Below are positions 1 through 15,056 of a stretch of 64,000 nt of DNA, in pieces. Source of the DNA: Octopus sinensis (taxonomy: Eukaryota). Positions within the stretch are counted from its first letter, which is position 1, and the number at the start of each line of letters is the position of its first letter. A program made the position numbers and the translations under genes. Below the pieces are notes generated by a model. The model was not told the origin of the DNA, made no database searches, and saw nothing but the letters and a program-made list of their open reading frames with translations. The stretch lies in contig NC_043017.1 of NCBI RefSeq assembly GCF_006345805.1, positions 28,272,001 through 28,336,000 on the forward strand, given 5' to 3'.

Positions 1-586
1 GGCCAACCGCAAAATTGGGGTTCATTTCGACATTTCCAGTTGGCTTTATGATATTAATTATTGCCTTTACTTTGCTGCTTAAACAATTTCACCGTATACT
101 AAAGATAGCTCATTGTCCTCAAGTTATCACGATCTAGTGAGAAACTCCTCTCACACAAGTGTTCCGGCCCTTAACTATTGTAGGTCCGGGATACATCCTG
201 GTAATAACACCCGGATAAACATCTACAGTCATATTTTGTATTAGTGCCTATATCGCAACACTCCTGGTCAAAGTGCTTCAGAAGAAAGGAACCTTGGGAA
301 TTGTCGCCATTTCAATTTGAGACGCCACTTGACTGTAAGGTTGATCAAAGCTTATGATATTAATTTCTATTCCCCCCTTGATCAGCTCACGTTGAAATTC
401 TTCTTAGCCCCTTATATCATTGACTTCAGAGCAACATCCTGATGAAATATAATAAAAATGTTAAACCTATAAACTGAAACATTTCGACCATCTCAGCCAA
501 TTAAGTGTCCAGGAGGAGAGATAAAGAGCAGCGAGGCATATTCTAACGAATCACATACAATATATAGGGTTTAATTCCAGTTATTT

Positions 587-806
587 ACTCTTTACTCTCT
601 TTTACTTGTTTCAGTCATCTGACTGCGGCCATGCTGGAGCACCGCCTTTAATCGAGCAACTCGACCCCGGGACTTATTCTTTTGTAAGCCCAGTACTTAT
701 TCTATCGGTCTCTTTTGCCGAACCGCTAAGTAACGGGGACGTAAACACACCAGCATCGGTTGTCAAGCAATGCTAGGGGGACAAACACAGACACACAAAC
801 ACATAA

Positions 807-855
<49 letters not shown>

Positions 856-1020
856 TACGACGGGCTTCTTTCAGTTTCCGTCTACCAAATCCACTCACAG
901 GGCTTTGGTCGGCCCGAGGCTATAGTAGAAGACACTTGCCCAAGGTGCCACGCAGTGGGACTGAACCCGGAACCATGTGGTTGGTAAACAAGCTACTTAC
1001 CACACAGCCACTCCTGCGCC
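587..1020 (-). mobile_element. tRNA-derived SINE, family A, full length
   Basis: Head ggcgcaggagtggctgtgtggt...ggttcagtccc (A/B-box-like), internal (TA)n/(TG)n, tail ...gtcagatgactgaaacaagtaaaagag; more than 10 copies in window. Confidence 0.9.
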
Positions 1021-1399
1021 TATTTATGTCAGTATTCATAATAATAAACAGAAGTATATCTAATTGGCATTTTTTAAAGCAACATTTTGTAGTAGCAGCA
1101 GAATGGAGATAGTTGGAAGATATTTGCATTTTGAACCAGAAATATAACGTATTTCTCATGCAATCCTTATTATATTTCATTGGAGATGTTCTTGGTAATT
1201 ATAGCTAATTGATACGGCACTTATTTATATCACTGTATTGAATTAAATATAATTTTGTAAGATAGATTACTTATTGCAATTTCTCATTCCTGATTAGCAT
1301 TAGGTTTCTCTTAATGACGATGCTATAATATACAGCATGGAAAGGGATACGATGCATTAAAACGTGCATGTGTGTATACATAGATGGATGCATGCATGC

Positions 1400-1430
<31 letters not shown>

Positions 1431-2842
1431 CATATTCATATATACTCATGTTTACATACATACATTAACAAAAACATATATATATATATACGTAGAATGG
1501 GATGATGGCTCTGAACACGGAAGATATTTGATTCTAGCAAATTCGTTCGTGGAACAAAGAATTGTTTTATACAATTTCTTTTGTTTGTTCGTTATGCTAT
1601 GATTGTATGAGATTATTACTATGTATATTTACATGTGTGTGTGCGAGAACGTAGGAGTATTTTTTTTTTTTTTTTGTTATTCGATAGTTGGCTTAGATTA
1701 TGTGTTTGTATGTGTGTGTGAGCATTTGTCTAATATTTCATATCTTGGATAAAACTACCACCTGACACTCGAGTGTGTTTAACAAATTCTTCTTTACGAC
1801 CACACTCGCTTCAAATGTCGCAGGTATAGAATATAACACACATTCAGCACACGGCATACCAGGCAATGATATCAAATGTTTCTTTTATTCGTTTCAGCTA
1901 ATATATAAACGAATGCATTCCTCTAATATGAATATTAACTAAATGATTCGATTACAGGTTGTATCGAAATTCGATTTAGTTGCCATTAGTTTTGGGAGTT
2001 AATGAATAAAATGTTTTTCATTTTTGATGACCAGTATCATCTAATTTAGCGAAATAAACTGAGCCAATATTATATCAGCGAAAGGATAAAGAAACGGTAG
2101 TACTATGAATGCATCAATGTATCAATGCATTTGAATAGCTTTTGGAGATCATTGGGTATTTTTGTGAATGGAAAATTTTGAATGATTCAAAGAAATTAAT
2201 TAACTGTGGAATCTAAACATTCTGATTTTCTGATTCTGAAATATTTTATTATGTTCCACTAGCTTGTAAGCTTAATCACGTGAGATCAACTAGATTATGT
2301 CATCCATTATCCAAGGTTTGATCAAATAAAGTATCGGCCAAGTACTGGGTAGTCCACTTGAACAACTCCATTCATACTTCCTAACAAAAAAAGCTTGTGG
2401 CCTAGCACCCACGTTCGATATCATTCAACATTATTTACATTGCCTTTATATTATTATATCCCTGACAAAGGCAGCGAGCTGGCAGAGTCGTTACCGCACC
2501 AAGCAAAATTCTTAGCATTCCTTCCAACTTAACATTCTGAGTTCAAATACTACCGGGATTGACTGTACCGCTCATCCTTCCGACTTCGATGAAATAAGTA
2601 CCAGTCCAGTCAATTTAATTGATTTATCCCCTCAGTATTGCTGGCCTTGTGCCAAAATTTGTAACTATTAATATAAAGCGGATTGCTACGTCGAACCGTG
2701 TATATATGTCACAAAATAAATTCCGCTTTCATAGTTGTTTCCTTACATTGTAACTATGAATCCTCCAGCGTGTTAATTAAATATTATCTTGTAGCTTGGA
2801 TAAGATAAGTTCCAACCAGATCATATATTCAATATAATCGAG

Positions 2843-3056
2843 AGGAGTGGCTGTGTGGTAAGGGGCTTGCTTACGAACCACATGGTTCCGGGTTCAGTCC
2901 CACTACGTGGCACTTTGGGCGAGTGTCTTCTACTACAACCTCGGACCGACCAAATCCTTGTAAGTGGATTTGGTAGACGGAAACTGAAAGGAGCCCGTCG
3001 CATGCATGCATTATATATATATATATATATATATATATCTTATATATATATATAGA

Positions 3057-3105
<49 letters not shown>

Positions 3106-3313
3106 TATGTATGTGTGTGTGTGCGTCTGTTTCCCCACTGTCGCTTGACGACCGATGCTGTTGTGTTTACGTCCCCGTAAATTAGCGGTTCGGCAAAAGA
3201 GAACAATAGAATAAGTACTAGGCTTACAAAGAATAACTCCTGGGGTCCATTTGCTCGAGTAAAGGCGGTGCTTCAGCATGACCGCAGTCAAATGACTGAG
3301 ACAAGCAAAAGAG
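2843..3313 (+). mobile_element. SINE family A
   Basis: Same head, body and tail as 587-1020 in the opposite orientation. Confidence 0.9.
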
Positions 3314-3499
3314 TGTTACGCTTCCATATAACAAAGTAACTATACGTCTCCCACAAAATTATTATAACAGTTGATAGCGTTGTATGGTAAAGTCGATACA
3401 ACGCAGGACCTGTTTACCTCTGTCTACATTCTAAAAATAAGATACCACCGGAGCCATTGTTGCTTTCCATCTTAGCATTAGAAGAAATAATGTAGTACC

Positions 3500-3897
3500 T
3501 ATTTCTTTACTACCCACAAGGGGCTAAATACAGAGAGGACAAACGGATTAAGTCGATTATATCGACGCCAATGCGTAACTGGTACTTATTTAATCGACCA
3601 CGAAAGGAACCAAGGCAAAGTCGACCGTGGCGGAATTTGAACTCAGAACGTAGCGGCAGAAAAATACCTATTTCATTACTACCCACGAGGGGCTAAACAC
3701 AGGGGATAAACAAGGAGAGACAAACGGATTAAGTCAATTATATCGACCCCAGCGCGTAACTGGTACTTATTTAATCGGCTCCGAAAGGATGAAAGGCAAA
3801 GTCGACCTCGGCAGAATTTAAACTCAGAACGTAGCGGCAGACAAAATACCGCTAAGTATTTCGCCCGGCGTGTTAACGTTTCTGCTAGTTCATCGCC
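3500..3897 (-). mobile_element. SINE family B, dimer, with about 22-bp TSD
   Basis: Head ggcgatgaactagcagaaacgttaac; two body units; TSD ttagaagaaataatgtagtacc (3478-99) / ttagaagaaataaagtagtacc (3898-3919). Confidence 0.9.
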
Positions 3898-4689
3898 TTA
3901 GAAGAAATAAAGTAGTACCATTTTAGTAATGAGGGTAATTTAATTGACTGTTCCACAGCCAAATATGGTGGCCTTCCATCTATGTGAAAAACGATTGTTA
4001 TTGATATTGTTCTTGAGTGGCATTTTAATAGCTATCAGGCGAATACTGACTTATTACTGACATCATTACATGACAATACCGCATAAAAATATTCCCTATT
4101 CGTTCTTCCTGCAGCGCAGTTAGGCCACTTAGAATAAAAATAGCAATATCAGATGAAACGTGTGAATATTTTTGAAACCACAGCTGCCCCTCTCATTCAT
4201 ATACATATAATATACGTGTTCGTGGGTGTGTATTTAAATGTGTGTATGTGTGTCTCTCTGTGCGCTAGATGTTCTAATCCGTACAAGACAACAACATAAC
4301 ACCTAAAAGATACTCATTACTGAAATCGCTGAAAAAAAGCTTTTTTTGAAAGTACTCCCTACAGGCCCACTCGCTTCAGTATAGGGAGGCTCGAATAGGG
4401 TAAAAATAGATTTACGATATGTTTGGGGAGAACATCTCACAAGAATATGTCAATCTTCTGAAAGGACAGATGCTCCTCGTGTGTGTGTGTGTGTGTGTGT
4501 GTATGTTTTTATTGGCTTCTGAGTGCGTTTATGCTAAGTGGTGTATTCCTTACTGAGTTCTAGGGAAGATAAAAGCCAAGCGATATCATAAAATAAATCT
4601 CATTCACAGGCAAAAATTGGGATAGATATGCATATATACGCAGATTTTTATAACTACGAAGTAGGTTATTTTTTTTTAATACTTTTAGA

Positions 4690-4935
4690 TTAACAAATGA
4701 TAGATGGATGGATAGAAAGATGGATAGATAGATAGATGGATGGATAGATAGGGATAGAAAGATGGATGGATAGATAGATAGATAGATGGATGGATAGATA
4801 GGGATAGAAAGATAGATAGATGGATGGTAGATAGGGATAGAAAGATAGATAGGATAGAAAGATAGATAGATAGATAGATAGGGATAGAAAGATAGATAGA
4901 TAGATAGGGATAGAAAGATAGATAGATAGATAGAT
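4690..4935. repeat. (GATA)n / (GGAT)n compound microsatellite
   Basis: Direct inspection. Confidence 0.95.
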
Positions 4936-6467
4936 AACACTGAAGTCGATGTAATCGAATAAACCCTCTTCACAAAGGTTTCAGGCCTCCCACCTCTAAA
5001 ACTAAAAAAAAGGTTATTTTTCTTGTGCCCCAGTATGGCAACAGTCTTAGGGAGAACTACGTTATAGCAAACTGGAGTAATCCTTGAAACCGGTTTTCTC
5101 AATGTAGGGGACTATGAGAATTTCAAATGGGACCAGCATAATAGCAAGTTTTAATACAATTAAGATAGCTTTTAAACTGTTAAAACTTGTATATGTCCAT
5201 GGTCAGAATAGACAGATTAAAAGATCGACATATAAAAAATGATAGGTGTTGATGTAAGGGTGTTGATGTAAGGGTTGTTAATAATCAACGGTTCCTGACT
5301 CTTAAAAACAATCATTGAAATGGTCGACAGAATTATATAATTATAGTAAAATAAAATCAGAAAAAATTTGATTCAAACATATATAATCACTAAACCAACA
5401 TCCAATATCTTAACAGAGAATCCATATAATATTCCGCTCTTCACCTGGTTAAATGCCATTCCTTCTAACATGGAATTCTCAGATTCCGCTTTGAACACTA
5501 GCAAGAACTATAAGGAAGAGTGTTGTAATTGTTAAGAGTATCACAAAAATTTTATAAATTCAATTGAAACCATTTCTTTCGATAAAGACTCATATCTGAT
5601 GTTCAGGATATTTTATATATTATTAAATTACAAAATATAAATTTAGTATATATATATATATATATATAAATATATATCTTACATATATAAAAATAATATT
5701 TTCCTCCGGATAAATGAAATATATTAATAAATTTAAAGCTAATTTTAAATATTAAAACATAGTGATAAAAACTTTAATAGCACGAACGAAATGTTAGTAT
5801 CATAGAGAGTAAATAATATAGATTGTCTGACGTTTTAGGAAACCAAAAAATAAAACACTCTAAAAAATATTAAATTAAATACAAAAAACACATTATAGTT
5901 ATGCATGTTGTTGTCGTATTAATTGTTGTAAGGCTTTCCTTTTTTATTCCTATGCATGGCACTTCAATTCTTTTCCTTTTCGCTTTTCTAATAACATTAT
6001 TAAAAATAATATTAAGTTATATGTGGCGATTATTACATTTTATTTTCAAACACTTTTATGCATATATATTACATTATATATTTACTACACGTTGCTACAG
6101 GTTATACACATACACTCACATACTTTATTTATATTTATATATATATATACACACACATACACTTTTATATATACACACTTTTATATATCGATCAAATTAC
6201 ATTCTTTTATTGTATTATTTTATTATATTAATATTTTAAAATACATGGATTTATATTTACTGTTTATTTTTTTCATTTATTTTTTTCCTACACTAGAAAC
6301 TAAGAACATACTTATTGGAATGATTTGAAAGAAGAGATGTTTTGCTTTCTCTTCTTATTTGATTCTTCTGTAATTTTCAACTTCAGACATATATCGAAAA
6401 TAATTGTTTTATTATATTTTATTTTAAAACTAACAATTTCGCATGCATTCCTCCTCTTTCAAACGAC

Positions 6468-6516
<49 letters not shown>

Positions 6517-7656
6517 CAGTATATACAATATATTTATATACTTATATATATATATATTCACTGTAGAAATAATATATCACTGTAGTTATTGCATTTCTAA
6601 CATTTTAGTGACTTTGCATTGAGCTTTCTGCATGCGATTAATTCGTATACTATATATATATATATATATAGTGTTCATGGTTGTTATTTTATTTTTCTTT
6701 CTTTTTAATCTTAATTATTTTTTCCACTTCTTTCTATATATTGTCTTTCTTTCTCTTTTCATTTTTAATGTGCATTAACTTAAGTAAAAAAAAAAAAAAC
6801 ATATATACTCGTAAATTTGTTTGTTGATTTAAAAAAATTACAATATCAAACTCAAATTGTGATTGCATGATATTTTATGTAATATTTTCTATATTTTCTC
6901 CTTTCTAACATTAACTTCTATAGAAGAATGTGTATTAGTTGTTTACATTTGTTCTTGTAATTCCTTATAACACTTAATCTCTAAGTAACTCAACATGTTC
7001 TGAAACTATTTCCTATCCTAACAATTTTTCAATTCTACTTTCATCCCTGTTTCATACAAGTTCTCTAACTTAATCCATAGTTTTTGCATCAGGTCGCATA
7101 TTATATATAATCATAGGTATACATGCACATACATATATACACATTTATACACATATATATGCACATACATATAAATACATATATACATATGTACGTACAT
7201 ATATGTTCATATATATACATACGTACATATATGTACATATATATACATACGTACATATATGTACATATATATACATACGTACATATATGTACATATATAT
7301 ACATACGTACATATATGTACATATATATACATACGTACATATATACACATATATATACATACGTACATATATACACATACGTACATATATACACATACAT
7401 ACATATATACACATACGTACATATACACATACATACATATATACATACGTACATAATACACATACATACATATATACATACATACATATATACATACATA
7501 CATATATATATACATACGTATATATATATACATACGTATATATATATACATACATACATACGTATACCTATATACATACATACACATACATACATACATC
7601 ATACACATACATATATACATACATATATATATACATACATACATACATATATATAT

Positions 7657-7857
7657 ATAACGGGAAGCTTTACGAAAATAAACAAAATACGAAGGCAGGT
7701 GGAGTACAAACAAACAATTGTATTAGTATGGCGCTCAGGAATAGAAATAAAACAAGTCTTTTACGTTTCGGGCCTACGCTCTTCAACTGAAAGATATACA
7801 GAAAAGAAACACGGAGAGAAAAAAAATGCGTGCATGAGCTAACGATTCAACATGGCG
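7657..7857 (-). mobile_element. Short (TA)n-associated repeat, family E copy 1, with minimal hammerhead-like motif (7757-7794); probably Penelope-like-derived
   Basis: Aligns by eye with 17403-17600 and with the reverse complement of 42420-42592; minus strand reads TCTTT CAGTTGA A GAGC GTAG GCCC GAAA CGTA AAAGA. Confidence 0.65.
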
Positions 7858-7990
7858 GTCTATATTTACATAGTTCCGTTGGGTTAGAAAAATAGCACAT
7901 GATATTTGTAACATTTAAATGTTCTAACGTGCCATACACACAATCGTACATATCAAGGCAGACGCACGCAAACACACACGCGCACACATA

Positions 7991-8030
<40 letters not shown>

Positions 8031-8103
8031 AAGTTGAGTTGAGTTGAGTTGGTGCCTTCTGGTATCTCAAAATTCAATATATAATCATTTATGATTATAG
8101 TAT

Positions 8104-8210
8104 TCTACGCTGAAGAGAAAAGAAGTTTCGGTAAGATAGAATTATTTAATATTTAATATTTAATTCTTATGCTTTCCTAAAAACTTGATTTCGAAACGTA
8201 CGTCCGTGGA
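8104..8210 (+). ncRNA. Type I hammerhead ribozyme motif with intact core (Penelope-like/retrozyme type)
   Basis: Stem I TCTACG(8104-09)/CGTGGA(8205-10); core CTGAAGA 8110-16; stem II closed by G8117-C8192 with a long imperfect hairpin; GAAA 8193-96; stem III ACG-TA-CGT; GTC cleavage triplet 8202-04. Confidence 0.8.
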
Positions 8211-9385
8211 TAACTAAAAAAATGCATGATAGATTGCAGTCATTCATTCTCTCTTACCTGTTTGTGTCTGCCTTCCAAATGCTGTTTTTACTGAGATCTC
8301 CTTTTTTAGTAGAAGAAATAGCTATAACCCTTTGACTGCTATTTCTAAATTCGGTATGTGGTAAGGCAACTCGTTGCTAAACCCTTATTGCTTAGTATAT
8401 ATATATATAATAATATATATATATATAATATATATATATTATTATATATATATATTTGTGTGTATGTATGTATAAGATTCTGCGGAAATAAAAGAATCTT
8501 AGAGTCCGTTGACTAGATGTACGGATGCATGTAAATGTCGCCAGATGATAAGAGACTTTTCTTTCAACTGGGAAACATTCTACACTCAACTAATATCTTT
8601 TGAGAAGTGATTGTTCTTTTAAAGTATCAATAAGATTTATTCAAGAGATATAGGCTTGCCAAATCACCTCCTGTGTGTGACATTCCAAACTCAATAGCTA
8701 CAAACATTCAACACAAAACTCCTTTATATCTAACGTTTTTATTATGTAACATTCAAAAATATACAAATATATATATAATATATTATATATAGATATATAT
8801 ATGTATGTATGTATATATAGATATATGCATGTATATATAAGTTTGTATATATATATATTTTATATATATATATGTTTGTATATATACGTGTGTATTATAT
8901 GTATGTATGTATATTATGTATTATATATATATATATGTATGTATGTATATATAGATATATGCATGTATATATAAGTTTGTATATGTATATATATTATATA
9001 TATATGTTTGTATATATACGTGTGTATATTATATGTATGTATGTATATGTATATATATATATATATATGTATGTATATATATATATGTATGTATATATAT
9101 GCACATGTGTATCTATATCGTATATATGTATGTACATATGTATATATATATATGTATATATACATATGACATATGTATATATATATGTATATATATGATA
9201 TGTATACGTATATTACGTATACATATATAAAGATGCATATGTCTACGTATATATATATGTATACGTATATATGATGCATATGTATATAATATATATATAT
9301 ACTGTATCTGTACGTATATATATATTATATATATATATATATATATAATATATATATACATGTATCTGTATGTATATAATATATA

Positions 9386-9418
<33 letters not shown>

Positions 9419-9599
9419 CGCATATCATTTATATATATGCATATCATACATATATATCATATATAGATAGTTAAATAGATAGATAGATAAACACATTTAC
9501 ATTTCATGCGCAAACAGAACATTAATGAAATACATTCAATATATTGCTAAAGTGCGGCATGAATAGAATCATAGACAGATATATATACGTATTATGTAT

Positions 9600-9641
9600 G
9601 TATATGTATGTATATAGGTCTAATATATACTCATAACAGCT

Positions 9642-9677
<36 letters not shown>

Positions 9678-9712
9678 TATCTATATAGGTCTAATATATA
9701 CTCATAACTGTT

Positions 9713-9746
<34 letters not shown>

Positions 9747-10320
9747 ATATATACTCACAACAGCTTATATATATATATACATGTATGTATAATGTATGTA
9801 TGTATATATATAGGTCTAATATATACTCAATAACAGCTTTATATATATATATAGGTCTAATATATACTCATACAGCTTTTATATATTAATATATATATAA
9901 TATATATATAACACATGTATTATATTGTATAGGTCTAATATATACACATAACTGTTTATAATATATATTAATATATAACTCCCAAAGCTTATATATATAT
10001 ATATATATATATATAACTATATATATATACACACATGTAATATATATGTATAGGTCTAATATATACCCATACCTGTTATATATATATAATGTAATATATA
10101 CCACCCAGCTTATATAGGATATATATATATATATATGTAATATATACTCACCACAGCTTATATATATATATATATATAGGTCTAATATATACTCATAACA
10201 GCTTATATATAATATATATATATAGGTCTAATATATACTCATAACAGCTTATATTATATATATATATTATATATATATATATAGATTATATATATATAGG
10301 TCTAAATATACTCATAACAG

Positions 10321-10363
<43 letters not shown>

Positions 10364-10400
10364 ATAGGTCTAATATTTACTCATAACAGCTTATATAAAT
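9600..10400. repeat. Minisatellite taggtctaatatatactcataacagctt+(TA)n, about a dozen or more units
   Basis: Unit recurs with variable (TA)n spacers. Confidence 0.9.
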
Positions 10401-11374
10401 ATATATATATGTATATATAGTATGTATGTATGTATGTATATATTACATTCACATATCTCTACTTGTATGCAAACGGGGATTCTCCAGAGGTAATCTGGGT
10501 TTTTTTTTCTGTCTTTCTCCTCTTGTTATGTTCTTCTGCAGCTATTTATTATTACTTCTCTCACAACTACTAACGCTGTTGCTGCTATTTCTGTATTGTT
10601 ACTAATAACCTACCTAATAACCAACTCTCCATGTAAGAAGCATGGATTTTGCAGCAATAATCATGTATGATCAGAAACCGCATGTTGATATAATGCTCGA
10701 AACATATATATATATATGTATCTTCAACTATCCTGTAGTTGCCTCCATTCCAGCTCCTTCTATATCTGTCGTATATTCCAATGTGTGTTCGGTGATGTCA
10801 TTATGATATGTATATTACTAACTCGACTAACCAACCCAACAGCAACCAACAACAATAATTCTAAAACAAAGCTTCTTTATATTAAAACAAAAAAATCCTA
10901 AGAAAGCGAAAGGTAACTAAGAAAATTGTACCTTTTAAAATTTGATCTACAAATACTATCTTCGCAATTGTTTCTAACAATAAATATTAATCATCATTGT
11001 TAAATCAAATATGGATATGTGGGTACATATATTTAAATAAAGCCAATCTGTGTCTCATATATATATATACACACACACATATGTATATTATATACACACA
11101 CACATATGTGTGGTATATATAATATATACATACATATGTTATATAAGATATATATTATAACACATACATCTGTATATATATATATATATATACACATACA
11201 TATGTATATATATAGATATATTATATATATATATACACATACATATGTATATATATATATAACCATACATATGTATATATATTACACATACATATGTATA
11301 TATATATACCATACATATGTATATATATATACACATATGCATATAATATACACAATCCTGCATTATATATATAC

Positions 11375-11412
<38 letters not shown>

Positions 11413-14400
11413 GCATATATATATACACATACATAAGTATATATATTTTTGTGTGTATATATATATATAATGCCTGTATATATCTATGTATGTATATGAG
11501 ATTGACATTGGCATCAATGTTTGTATAAAAGCAGCAAGTTGCATAATAATATAAGCGTAATATTTGAAGATTACCAAATATTCTTCCTAATTAATCTTCA
11601 TAAAATTCGTATCAACACGTCAATGTATTTTGATATTTTAATTATTAGAAAAAATTCTGTTCCTCATTTAACATTAAATTACATTAATTAGTGAATTAGC
11701 AATATATAAACAATTTCTAAATTCTAAAAGCCATGAACTAACCAAATCGAAGCAAAATATGCAATATCAAAATACGGCAGCATTAAAAATAAACATTATC
11801 TTTCATATTACTTAGTCCCGTACATACATATACATATGTAGCTTTCTATACATTATATATATATATATATATATATACATATATATTACATCAACTTAAA
11901 TAGGAGACATTTATAGTCGGCTTCAAAAAAAGTATTGCGGCATAATTTTTGCTGATTTTAGAATTGCATTATCCTTTGTGATTAACATTCATTTGCTCCT
12001 ATATTTCTGAGAAAAATATTTTTATTCTCATCTAACCATCACTAAAGGGCATTATCAGAACCAATTTTGTTTCAGTTAAGCATTTAATTTCGATAATCAC
12101 TTTTAAGTACAAGTGGTCAATTTCCAATGGATACTTGTACACAATTGGTTGTTTGTTTATCACAATATTTTTTTTCCTTATTTTCCATCAAATATATATT
12201 TTAAACTAATCCGATTGAACATTTCTTCATACAGCTTCCCTCGGGCATGTTTTATTATTACTAAAGGAATTTTTGTTTGTTTTATTAATATATTTTCTTT
12301 TTATACTAACGATATTTAATAAAATTCCACACACGCATACACACATAGATATATATACAAACACACACATATACATACACACATACATTATATATATATA
12401 TATTATGCATATTAATTGGTTATATTTCTTATAAATGTTCACAGGTATTTATATTTTATTTATTCTAATACATATATACACACACACACACACATTATAT
12501 ATATACGCACATATATTAGTATGTGCACATTTCTTTGGACATTCGCACGAACGCACACACGCTCAAACACACACACTCACATGACACACACACACACGTT
12601 TTTGAAACTACTTCCATCTATATGTATATACCTATTTGTTTTCTAAATGTTCTTTATCTTTTTTTTCCGTCTTTAATATATTGAAATATTTATCACCACC
12701 TATTATGGTAATAGAATCGCCTATATGTGTATATTACTGTTTTGTCTGATTCTGTTTCGCTTTTTGTTATTTCATTTATTTGTTTATTTCTTTCTTGTAT
12801 TTTTCTTAATTATCTCTGTTTTATTTGTTGCGGAAAAATACTTTTAGAAATTTTGATTTCCAGTTTTTTTCAGGGTAAGCTTATACCTCTCGGACCTTCA
12901 CGTAAAAAAACCTAAATATTTGCACTCCTTAAAATTGTGTGCCAAAGGAACCCTATAATTCAGACACTTGTTATTTCATTTGCTTGGATGAAAATCGTTT
13001 AAAAAGAAAGTATAACAGAATCCCTTTAATTATTAATCTATCTAATATGGCGTAAAATAAATTATAGTAATAATTTCCACCTCCATATCCCCTGAAGTTC
13101 AACGATTCGTTTCACTGTGTCAGTAAAGCGTGTACCAGTCACTTGACTGTGAGACCTTGTTCTAATATTAGTTTACAAGCTGCGGAATATTTAGTACTTG
13201 GATACAATGGCTATACATGTTACAAGATGGTAACGGTTTTTAATGGCGTTGTTCACAGGTCAAATAAAACATGGCCGAACAGCTACAAAACAACGTCAAT
13301 AACAACGGCGGCGACGACTCGAACAACATTTCAAATACAAAAAAATAAGAATAAACTAAAGATAAATGTGCTATCTCTAGCAAAAATCATCGACGACATC
13401 AAACTGTGTTGAGCATTTATACATGGCTATTGTTTCACTCCATTTCACGCGTACAACACAACACAGACAGAACAACAAAGACAGAGAAACAATATATTAT
13501 TTCGAAGAACTTGCATGTTATGTTATAGATAAGATGACGTAAATTCAAGACATGGTTGGATAGCAACAAGAGCAGGAGACTAATGTCTATTGATGTAGCG
13601 TTTGAGCATTTGTTCTGTGTGTTTTATGGTCTTTATGGTTGGGTGTGAAATATCTTTAAATATATTGTTCAAAGACAAAGAGACAGAGAAAATAAAGTCC
13701 CATACGCAGACACATACACCGCCACAATCACTCTTTCTCTCTCTTACACACAAACACATATATAGTTATAAATTTGTGTGTGCGTATGTATATATATATA
13801 GATATATATATATATATATATATATTAATAGCGTGTATTTCTATGCATTATATTTATGTACACAACCACACACAGCGAAATGATACGCATATATACATAG
13901 CATGCACATACATGTATTCAGTTTTAAGCAATAATTATAGATATATATATATATATTATTATATATATATATATATGTGTGTGGTGTGTGTGGTGTGTGT
14001 GTGTGTGTGTGGTGTGTGTGGTGTGTGTGTGTGTTATATATATATATGTGCATGTATATATATATGCATATATATATTATGTATATATACATGTATATCT
14101 ATGTATATATGTGTATATATATAGATAGATATACATACATACGTATATACATATGTACACATAAATATATACAATCGTATGTATGTACGCATGCACGTAT
14201 ATACATAAATGTGTATGTACGTGTGTGTGTGTGTACATAGCTTAATATTAAAACAAAGAAAGTGAAGAAAACCGTTATTGTCTGAATAATTATTTAACTT
14301 CAAAGCTTTGAAAAACAAAAACTTTACGTTGTCTAATTTACTGTAAGTTTGTAACGGATAACCAGCTTTGCACACAAAAGCACACGCACCCACACACACA

Positions 14401-15056
14401 TAGACTCACGTGTGTGTATATATATATATAATATATATATAGCCAAGCATCTACATAGACAAGTCGAAAGTTTCTCTTTGTATAACATTAAATAAAAACT
14501 AGAATCTGACAGGTTGTCAGACCAACGTTTATAAATGTTTGTGTGCAAAAATATAGACAGACAGATATAGATAAATAGATAACTAGATACATACGTACAT
14601 ACATAGGATTGTCTAGTTTATTTAATTCTGCGCTCGTCATGTGTTAGAGGAATCCTCATGATTTGGATTCTCAATTCGTTTGATTGTTGCTCGTGATTAG
14701 TTTGTTAGTTTTTTTTCTTCTGATCATGAATACTTTCCCTCCTCAACACAAATATATTGTCGTAGGCTTTTTTTTTCATACAAACTCGCGTTGTGAAAAA
14801 TGAGTATAGAATAGAAATATTTCCTTCCTTATTATCCCTTGATATGTTTTGTATTTTACTGGGGAAACTTGAGGAATAAAATCGGAATAGTCTTTGCATA
14901 TTTTTGTTCGAGTAAAGATTCGCATGATTTTGAGTTATTTTTTTTTTGTGTGTGTGATATTTTGTTCTTGAGGGAAATAACCGATTGGATTTTGAGATCT
15001 AACGTTACCTTTAAATCCAAGTATTTGCAGTAAATAATATATGTAATAATTAATTA

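Noticed and set aside
439-490. CTGATGA...GAAA hammerhead candidate
   Set aside because: No G10.1-C11.1 pair, no stem III with a proper NUH site, no stem I.
760-987. Recurrent ORFs with PNPLTRLWSARG / NHMVPGSVPLRGT peptides
   Set aside because: Chance open frames in SINE family A, repeated in every copy; not genes.
7101-7842. Long overlapping ORFs rich in Y/I/H/T/M/C/V (also 35359-36563, 44381-44993, 4560-5102 and many others)
   Set aside because: Translations of (TA)/(CA)/(GATA) microsatellites, which lack stops in several frames; no protein-like composition.
9600-10400. CRISPR array
   Set aside because: Eukaryotic context, spacers are simple repeats, no cas genes.
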